A DNA stretch of 64,000 nt from a virus: the IMG/VR virus record IMGVR_UViG_3300032245_001466, positions 1 to 64,000 of that record. One strand, 5' to 3'. The notes below the pieces were generated by a model, which ran no database searches, had not been told where the DNA came from, and saw only the letters and a list, made by a program, of their open reading frames with translations. Numbering within the stretch: position 1 is the first letter of the stretch; every line of letters starts with the position of its first letter. Position numbers and translations under genes: made by a program. This document shows positions 57,507-64,000 of the stretch, piece after piece.

Positions 57507-57856
57507 CCAAAGAAGAAAAAACTTTTCAAGAAACGTTTAGGGAAATTTATGGTGAGGCGTTTGCCCTGCTTGTTGAAAGACAGGCAAAGTATGGCAATCT
57601 CAACATTGAGCAGCTAGGATTGTATGGGGTTCTTAGCAGGGTTGCCAACGACAAGATGTCTCGAGTCATGAAGAGTTTGAATGGCAAGATTGTCGACGGA
57701 AAAGTCCTGCTTGACCCAATAAAAGAGGAGCATGTTGACGAGGTTCTGGAAGACGCTCTTCTTGACATTGCCAACTACGCCCTCATTGCCATTGCTTTAA
57801 AGCGTGGCGTCTGGGGCAAGGAATTTGACAAAAAAGACACAAGGCTGGTGAAGTAA
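57503..57856 (+). CDS. Nucleotide-modification-associated domain 1 (DUF1599-like) protein
   Basis: RQAKYG..N, R..DK..R, EDALLDIANYA.I. Confidence 0.75.
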   Translation: MTKEEKTFQETFREIYGEAFALLVERQAKYGNLNIEQLGLYGVLSRVANDKMSRVMKSLNGKIVDGKVLLDPIKEEHVDEVLEDALLDIANYALIAIALKRGVWGKEFDKKDTRLVK

Positions 57857-58020
57857 TGAGCAAGAAAGATCGCTACGAAGTTATTCATATTGGCCTTCAT
57901 GGGGCTGAGTGGATTGCTGTTGTTTGGGACCGCAGAGATAAGCGGGTTGTTGGAAGCGCCGTTAGCAAGAGCCTGGACGAGGTTGTCTCTGCCGTTGTGG
58001 ACCTTATTGCTGCTTTGTAG
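57856..58020 (+). CDS. Small hypothetical protein (54 aa)
   Basis: TAATG coupling; abuts the methyltransferase. Confidence 0.45.
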   Translation: MSKKDRYEVIHIGLHGAEWIAVVWDRRDKRVVGSAVSKSLDEVVSAVVDLIAAL

Positions 58021-58662
58021 ATGTATTCGCAAAATAACGAAGAAGAGGTAATTCTTAGAGTTTTTGAGGGACAGATTGGGTCCTTTCTAGACATTGGCGC
58101 ATACGATGGCGTGTCGCTAAGCAATACTCGAGCCCTTGCCGAGCGCGGTTGGTCGGGTGCGTTAATTGAAGGCTCTTCGTTTTCTTTTCAAAAGCTTTTT
58201 TCTCTTTATGGGGGAAATAAAAAGTTTACTCTGATTAACGCAATGCTTGACCCCTTTGGAAAAAACGCTGGGAAAATTGTTAAAATGTGGGAGGCGCCCA
58301 ATTGCGCCGTCACAACCATAAGCCCACAAAACTTTGAAAAATGGCAAAACGACGTTGTAATGCACAGCGATGGTGGGGCTAAGTTTTCTGAGATATTTGT
58401 TGCCCCAACGCCGTTTGCTGCAATTCTTGACTTTTTTAAGAGTCAAGACCTCAAGTTTGATTTTGTATCAATTGACATTGAGGGCGGGTCTGCTGACGTT
58501 GCAATGCTTTATGAACCGGACGAATTTGGCACATCTCTTCTTTGCGTAGAGCACGATGACAGGGACAGTGAAATCGTGGCCAGGTATGCAAAACTTGGCT
58601 TTGTTCTCATCTTAAAAAACGATGAAAATATCATCTTGTCAAGGGGTTCGCAGCAGGGCTGA
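58021..58662 (+). CDS. FkbM-family SAM methyltransferase
   Basis: YSQ..EE, FLDIGAYDG..SNT..L...GW.G..IE, DFVSIDIEG, CVEH. Confidence 0.85.
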   Translation: MYSQNNEEEVILRVFEGQIGSFLDIGAYDGVSLSNTRALAERGWSGALIEGSSFSFQKLFSLYGGNKKFTLINAMLDPFGKNAGKIVKMWEAPNCAVTTISPQNFEKWQNDVVMHSDGGAKFSEIFVAPTPFAAILDFFKSQDLKFDFVSIDIEGGSADVAMLYEPDEFGTSLLCVEHDDRDSEIVARYAKLGFVLILKNDENIILSRGSQQG

Positions 58663-58699
58663 CCCTAGAAAAACACAGGGTCCTTGCTACCATTTGCCA

Positions 58700-59086
58700 A
58701 TGGACGAGTTTGAAAGGTACCTTGCTTGGTCAAAGCCCAGCCGCGATGCAGTGGGCGACTTTTACGCGTCCTCCCTCAAAGTTTTTACCAAGAAGTTCTT
58801 TGGGCAAAGCGAAGAAGAGCAGGCCAGTGAAATTGTTGCTCACATCTTTCGGGTACTGAGCGGCATTATTTCTGTTTACGGAGTTGAGGGAGAACAGGAT
58901 AATATTGCCGTAAAATGTCAGCCCCCCAGGGAGACTGGTGGGATTTGGACGTTTGATGTACGATTCTCAATTAATGGAAGAAACTCACAGGTCTTAGCGG
59001 CAGCTAGGGATATCAAAGAAATTGCTGAAAGTCTAAATAAGGAGATCAATGTCATCCTCAGATCAAACCCAGAAATTAGCCGCTAA
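58700..59086 (+). CDS. Hypothetical protein
   Basis: ORF in operon. Confidence 0.5.
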   Translation: MDEFERYLAWSKPSRDAVGDFYASSLKVFTKKFFGQSEEEQASEIVAHIFRVLSGIISVYGVEGEQDNIAVKCQPPRETGGIWTFDVRFSINGRNSQVLAAARDIKEIAESLNKEINVILRSNPEISR

Positions 59087-59267
59087 GCGCATTGTCGCAA
59101 GGCTGTCCGGGGCAATCTCTGCCGCCTTTACAGAGCACTCTGGGGATAAGTTCCCAGGCAAAGTAGACTCAGTTTCCCGGCTTTCATACGTGCTTGGTCT
59201 CCGCAGAGCCCTTGAGATCGTTATGGAGGAAATTGACCCAAGCGATTACCCCCCAAAAAAGAAGTGA
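59049..59267 (+). CDS. Hypothetical protein
   Basis: AAGGAG RBS. Confidence 0.55.
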   Translation: MSSSDQTQKLAAKRIVARLSGAISAAFTEHSGDKFPGKVDSVSRLSYVLGLRRALEIVMEEIDPSDYPPKKK

Positions 59268-59409
59268 TTCTGGCTAGTTTCCTTGAATATTTGCAAGATT
59301 ATAAGGGCAGTTTTATGGGGAAAAACAAGCATTGCTGCTTAATTGACAAATATGCTGCCACAGTTGTATCATCCACGCAGATACATAAACGTATCACCTA
59401 GAAGGAGGT

Positions 59410-59793
59410 TTGAGCGTGAATCAGAGCAAGAAGACTAGGAAGCAGTTGGTGCTAGAGGTCTTAGAGAAAAACCTCAATGTATGGATTGACGGGAGCGTGC
59501 TGATGCAGCCAGACTGCGGCGGTGGCCGCTTTGGCGCAAGAATTGAGGAGTTGCGCAAAGATGGCCACACGGTAGAGGCCCGTCCGCACCCAGATCCAAA
59601 GCGCGACATCTGGCAATACAGAATTTGCGATAAGGCATCTCCAGCTGGGTTTTGGGAGTGTTCTAGGTGCGGGACGAGATCGCAAGACAAGCCGGGGGGC
59701 AACTTGCGGGCAAGCGTTGTTGAGACGATGATTATGGCTGCTTGCTGGAAATGCAAAAAGCAGTCGGTTATTTGGCAGTTTCGGAAGATCTAG
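59410..59793 (+). CDS. Winged-HTH plus zinc-ribbon protein
   Basis: FGARIEELRKDGH.V; CSRC..CWKC; AGGAGG RBS. Confidence 0.65.
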   Translation: MSVNQSKKTRKQLVLEVLEKNLNVWIDGSVLMQPDCGGGRFGARIEELRKDGHTVEARPHPDPKRDIWQYRICDKASPAGFWECSRCGTRSQDKPGGNLRASVVETMIMAACWKCKKQSVIWQFRKI

Positions 59794-61250
59794 CGTTTAG
59801 CGGAAGTAAAGTAGAAGCCCACAGTCCCAACGTCAGCAGCATAGACAAGAGCGTCAACAAGGTCGTCATGCTCGCTGTTTGGGAATGACATCATTTCTGA
59901 CTCAAGCTGCCTGATCCCAGGGCCATTTTTAAGGTGAAATACCTTGCCGGCCTCGTACCTGGCGGCAAGCGATCTAGAGCGGAAAACCTTGTCTCTTTCA
60001 GGGCGTACTGCCCGAGCCGGAAGTCTGGTTTCATTGACAAGTTCCCGGACAAAAGTGGATTGGTACTGAACGGCCTCAATGTTTACCTCGGTAAACTTCC
60101 TTGGCTCATCCCCCCAGGTGTCCCTTTGGCCTCGCAGGCCAACAAACTTTGCTGGCCAAAGCAGTTTTGGACTTGACGCATCGTCAATGATTGACCCATC
60201 TCGCTCTACTCCAGTTAGCCACTTTTGATGCCCTTGCTGAATTCTGGTCCGATAGGCGCCAACCACGTATAGGTTGTGATCGTCGTCTTCCACCACCTCA
60301 ACGGCAGCTGTGTAGTCCGAACGCTCTTTCTCGGAGGCTGCAAGGTCAACTCCAATTCTTCTTGCCCCTGGTGGAATTTGATCAACATACTGAAAGAACT
60401 CATAGCGGAAGATATTGCCACCCATGGAGGTAACGTCGTTTTGATATTGAAGGTTAAAGATTGGCGTTCCAAGCTCTTCCCGTTTTCGTTCAAGGTCTTC
60501 AACCGTGTACATGTCTGGCCATAGCGGGCCGGAATCCTCAATTGATCTCCGGAGATACGTAGGAATGCCCTTGCTGGTCAATTCGGCATAGAAATCGTCT
60601 TCATGCCAACGCGTGCCGATATACCACCTTGTTGCACCGGGAACAAGCATTGGATCGATGACCTGCCAATACGTTTCACTTGCTTTCTGACGCTGGGTGG
60701 GGGTGGCATTTTCCTTAAGCCCAACAATGTCGTCTGCGATCAGCAAGTCAAGGCGCGGGCCCGGCTTAATAGAGGTTAGTCCGTCAGCAAAGCAAGTGGC
60801 ATCTTTACCAAGGTTTACGCCCTTGATGGTCCAAACCTCGTCGGTCCATTTTCCGCCCGCAACGCCACCCCTTGCCCACGGGAACACTTCTGCAAATTTT
60901 GCAGATTCGACAATGGTCTTGATAGCCCTAGATCGCGCAAGGGCGTCAGAAAGAACAGATGTAACAATACCAATACGAATTTTGCCTTCCGTCACGCCAA
61001 CAAGGCGAGCGGCGCGATGAATTAATTGCGTGGTTTTTGCGTGACCGCGCGGCATAAGCACTAAGGCCCTTGGGTTGCCGGTGAGAAAATTCTCCATCTC
61101 TCGAAGATGGCGAGGAAAGACTAGCCCGCTGACATATTCAGCAAACGCCGCGTCATCAGAAGCGGCACGGTCCCGAAGCCATGAGCGATACTGCTCGTTA
61201 GTCGGCGGCGGCGGTATCTTCGATTTGCTTTGCTTCTTCGTGCTCTGCAA
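59790..61250 (-). CDS. Terminase large subunit
   Basis: Walker A MPRGHAKTT, Walker B LLIADD, GTRWH.DD, nuclease GVDLA..HDDLVDA. Confidence 0.93.
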   Translation of the reverse strand: MQSTKKQSKSKIPPPPTNEQYRSWLRDRAASDDAAFAEYVSGLVFPRHLREMENFLTGNPRALVLMPRGHAKTTQLIHRAARLVGVTEGKIRIGIVTSVLSDALARSRAIKTIVESAKFAEVFPWARGGVAGGKWTDEVWTIKGVNLGKDATCFADGLTSIKPGPRLDLLIADDIVGLKENATPTQRQKASETYWQVIDPMLVPGATRWYIGTRWHEDDFYAELTSKGIPTYLRRSIEDSGPLWPDMYTVEDLERKREELGTPIFNLQYQNDVTSMGGNIFRYEFFQYVDQIPPGARRIGVDLAASEKERSDYTAAVEVVEDDDHNLYVVGAYRTRIQQGHQKWLTGVERDGSIIDDASSPKLLWPAKFVGLRGQRDTWGDEPRKFTEVNIEAVQYQSTFVRELVNETRLPARAVRPERDKVFRSRSLAARYEAGKVFHLKNGPGIRQLESEMMSFPNSEHDDLVDALVYAADVGTVGFYFTSAKR

Positions 61251-61734
61251 TCTTTGATGCCTCCTCTAGCTGCTTTGACCATATTGCCAGCCGACCAGAA
61301 AGCTCGCTGGCAGTCAGAGTATCAATTTCATGCGGTGTTTTAGAAATCTCAATTGCCCCGCCGTCAACCCCGCTGACCTCTTGGCGAACTGGGGCATAGG
61401 CTCCGGTAAGCTTTGCAACTTTATCTAATATTTCAATTTGCACTTTTAAATATTGAATCTCCATGGCGGAACCGCGGGCCTTTGAGGCACCCACCGCAGC
61501 CTGCTGCCCAATCATGCGAGCCCTCTGCACCAGTTCCGCCCGCGTAAGGATCTGGTCCGGCTGATCTTCTGCCCACTTTTTGCGAATAGCCCGAATGTGC
61601 TCTCGGACCGTGTGGACTGAAAGGTCGGTTGCTTTGGAAATCTGTGCGGTAGGCACGCCATTAAGGAGCAGTTGCGTAATCTGCTCTCGCAATGCGTCAA
61701 TCTGTGCTTGTGGCTTTCGCCCCGGCTTACCCAT
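61198..61734 (-). CDS. Terminase small subunit (putative)
   Basis: N-terminal HTH, EVSG.DGGAI motif; directly upstream of TerL. Confidence 0.75.
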   Translation of the reverse strand: MGKPGRKPQAQIDALREQITQLLLNGVPTAQISKATDLSVHTVREHIRAIRKKWAEDQPDQILTRAELVQRARMIGQQAAVGASKARGSAMEIQYLKVQIEILDKVAKLTGAYAPVRQEVSGVDGGAIEISKTPHEIDTLTASELSGRLAIWSKQLEEASKIAEHEEAKQIEDTAAAD

Positions 61735-61810
61735 ACTTGTATATTACACTATACCCAACGTAAAACCACACAGCATTGACTTTGCTGCAAATCTGAAGGA
61801 CAATCCGGCT

Positions 61811-62158
61811 ATGCCTGCAAGTATTTATGACATTATCTGCGAACAGGGTGCAACGCTTGTCCGGGTGGTTACGTATAAGGATTCTGCTGGTAATCCGGTA
61901 AACCTCTCTACGTACACAGCCCGAATGAAGGTGCGCTCTTCTCGGGGCGCCCCAGGAGCGCAGCTTGCGCTGACTACTGGTGGCTCTGGAATTGTTTTGC
62001 AATCTAACGGAGAGATTGAAATTACTGTTCCCGCAGCAACTACCGCAATTATTCCTGCGGGAAAGTATCGCTACGATTTGGAAATTATGTCGTCTAGTGG
62101 AATTGTTACAAGAGTTATTGAGGGAGAATTTACCGTTAGCGGCGAGGTCACTCGGTGA
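61811..62158 (+). CDS. Virion Ig-like/baseplate-type small protein
   Basis: QGAT, P.NL..YTARM.VR, YDLE, RVIEG.F.V..EVTR. Confidence 0.65.
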   Translation: MPASIYDIICEQGATLVRVVTYKDSAGNPVNLSTYTARMKVRSSRGAPGAQLALTTGGSGIVLQSNGEIEITVPAATTAIIPAGKYRYDLEIMSSSGIVTRVIEGEFTVSGEVTR

Positions 62159-62454
62159 CAGACGACTATAATGTAATTATTACCGACCCAGATGGCAACA
62201 TTGTTGTTCAAGATACTGCGTTAAATGTAACCACAACGTCGCTAATTTCTCTTGTTGGCGGATCAACCTATGTTCACACTCAATCCTTCCCCTCCGCAAC
62301 ATGGACAATTAGTCACAATCTTGGCCGAAGACCAAGCGTAACAGTTGTGGATTCCGCAGGTAGCGTGGTTATTGGAGAAGTGACTTATTTGAGCGATAAT
62401 AGCCTTCGAGTTGAGTTTTCGGCTGGCTTTAGTGGCCAAGCATATTTGAATTAG
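62155..62454 (+). CDS. Small virion structural protein
   Basis: YVHTQ....TW.I.HNLG..PSV.V.D..FSG.AYLN. Confidence 0.65.
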   Translation: MTDDYNVIITDPDGNIVVQDTALNVTTTSLISLVGGSTYVHTQSFPSATWTISHNLGRRPSVTVVDSAGSVVIGEVTYLSDNSLRVEFSAGFSGQAYLN

Positions 62455-62462
62455 GAGATAAA

Positions 62463-64000
62463 ATGGCAGTAAAATTTCTAGCTGGTATTGACCTTCAGAA
62501 AAATGAGCTGCTAAATGCTGCTATTCAAAATCTGCCAACTGCTCCGCCAAGTCCAGTTCAGGGGCAAATTTATTACGACACTGCTGCTGACGCCATTAAG
62601 GTTTGGGACGGAGCTGCCTGGCAAACTCTTGCCACTGGTGGCGGAACAGTTACTTCCGTTGGCGCATCCAGTCCGCTTGCGTCGACCGGCGGCAGCACCC
62701 CAACAATTAGTATTCAGGACGGCACAACCATTCAGAAGGGCGCGGTTCAGCTTGAGGACTCAACAAGCAGCACCTCAACAAGCAAGGCTGCAACGCCAAA
62801 TAGCGTCAAGACTGCTTATGATACGGCTGCTGCCAAAGCAAACCCATCAGACGTTACGTACATTGGTACGACTAGCGTTGCCCTTAATCGATCATCTGCA
62901 AATCTTGCCCTTACCGGAATTACCAGCGTCACCATGCCGGGCTCCACTTCTGGTAGTGCGCAAATTATCCCGTCAGCGGTTGCCGGAACTGGCACCGTTA
63001 TTACACTTCCGGCAACAACCGGCACAGTTGCTTTAACAAGCAATAAGATTTCAGATTTTGCCTCAAGCACATCTTCTGAGCTTGCGGGAAAAATCTCTGA
63101 CGAGACTGGTACTGGCGCGCTCGTCTTTGCCAATACGCCAACACTTGTAACGCCAATTCTTGGAACGCCACAAAGCGCCACGCTAACAAACGCAACTGGG
63201 CTTCCAATTAGCACAGGTGTCTCTGGTCTTGGAACTGGCGTTGCGACGTTCCTTGCAACTCCATCTTCAGCAAACCTCATCAGCGCAATTACCGATGAGA
63301 CCGGAACCGGTGCGTTGGTATTTGCTAACACCCCAACGCTCGTCACGCCAAACATTGGCGTAGCAACTGGTACAAGCCTGGTGCTTTCTGGTGATTTGAC
63401 GGTCAACGGAACCACAACAACAATTAACTCGACAACTATTACGGTCGACGACAAGAACATTGAACTCGGCTCTGTTGCAAGTCCAACAGATGCCGGTGCT
63501 GATGGTGGCGGTATCACCCTCAAGGGCACCACGGACAAGACGATCAACTGGGTTGATGCGACCGACGCATGGACCTCATCGGAACACGTTAATCTCCTTG
63601 CCGGCAAGGCGTATTACATTAACGGAGCCTTAGTTCTTAGCGGCACAACTCTTGGCAGCGGAGTTACTGGCTCCAGCCTAACGTCGGTTGGAACTATTGG
63701 TACTGGCGTTTGGCAGGGAACAGCCGTTGGCATCTCTTACGGTGGTACTGGGGCAACCAGCGCTAGCGCAGCACGAACGGCCCTTGGGCTTGCTATTGGC
63801 ACTGATGTCCAGGCTTATAACAGCACACTCGCGGCGGTTGCTGGCGGAACGTACAGCGGTGATGACAGCATAACGACTGTTGGCACAATTTCTGCTGGCA
63901 CATGGAACGGCACAGACATTGCCGTAGCCGACGGCGGAACTGGCGCAAGCACGGCCGCAGGGGCAAAGACCAACCTTGGATTTATGACCCGCTACAGCAC
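62463..64000 (+). CDS. Tail-fibre protein (3' end off-window, not in ORF track)
   Basis: [29 protein letters not shown]; Thr/Gly-rich with repeated [19 protein letters not shown]. Confidence 0.75.
   Translation, partial: MAVKFLAGIDLQKNELLNAAIQNLPTAPPSPVQGQIYYDTAADAIKVWDGAAWQTLATGGGTVTSVGASSPLASTGGSTPTISIQDGTTIQKGAVQLEDSTSSTSTSKAATPNSVKTAYDTAAAKANPSDVTYIGTTSVALNRSSANLALTGITSVTMPGSTSGSAQIIPSAVAGTGTVITLPATTGTVALTSNKISDFASSTSSELAGKISDETGTGALVFANTPTLVTPILGTPQSATLTNATGLPISTGVSGLGTGVATFLATPSSANLISAITDETGTGALVFANTPTLVTPNIGVATGTSLVLSGDLTVNGTTTTINSTTITVDDKNIELGSVASPTDAGADGGGITLKGTTDKTINWVDATDAWTSSEHVNLLAGKAYYINGALVLSGTTLGSGVTGSSLTSVGTIGTGVWQGTAVGISYGGTGATSASAARTALGLAIGTDVQAYNSTLAAVAGGTYSGDDSITTVGTISAGTWNGTDIAVADGGTGASTAAGAKTNLGFMTRYS

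Noticed and set aside
63090-63350. Near-duplicate segments in the tail fibre as a DGR template/variable repeat
   Set aside because: Differences are mostly synonymous rather than adenine-specific, both copies are in frame, and no reverse transcriptase is seen

Overview
A 64-kb segment of a tailed dsDNA (siphovirus-like) phage genome. No integrase, RNA polymerase, reverse transcriptase or CRISPR array is visible. Left part: tape-measure protein (5' end off-window), a 1590-aa minor tail protein, lysis genes, a minus-strand head operon (prohead protease carrying an internal Dps/ferritin domain, major capsid, head-tail connectors) divergent from a fused portal gene, then recombination/replication genes (SSAP, PD-(D/E)XK nuclease, DnaC-like loader, RusA, SSB, MazG). 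The centre (29.15-47.6 kb) is the most striking part. About 27 one-to-three-gene cassettes sit in two convergent arrays. Each cassette has its own promoter and 5' leader hairpin and is bounded by a structurally conserved but sequence-variable DNA hairpin element. Type A is GTTCGA-N3-5-bp stem/TCC loop (12 copies). Type B is GTTCTA-N-10-bp stem/4-nt loop (14-15 copies). The GTTC(G/T)A foot is always on the + strand regardless of gene direction, and the region is nearly free of CCGG except inside the hairpins. Right part: tRNA-Ile(UAU), tRNA-Arg(UCU), a stand-alone sigma70 region-4 protein, a sugar-modification cluster, two ParB-like genes, terminase and the start of a tail-fibre gene. All protein calls are from motif recognition by eye, not database searches.
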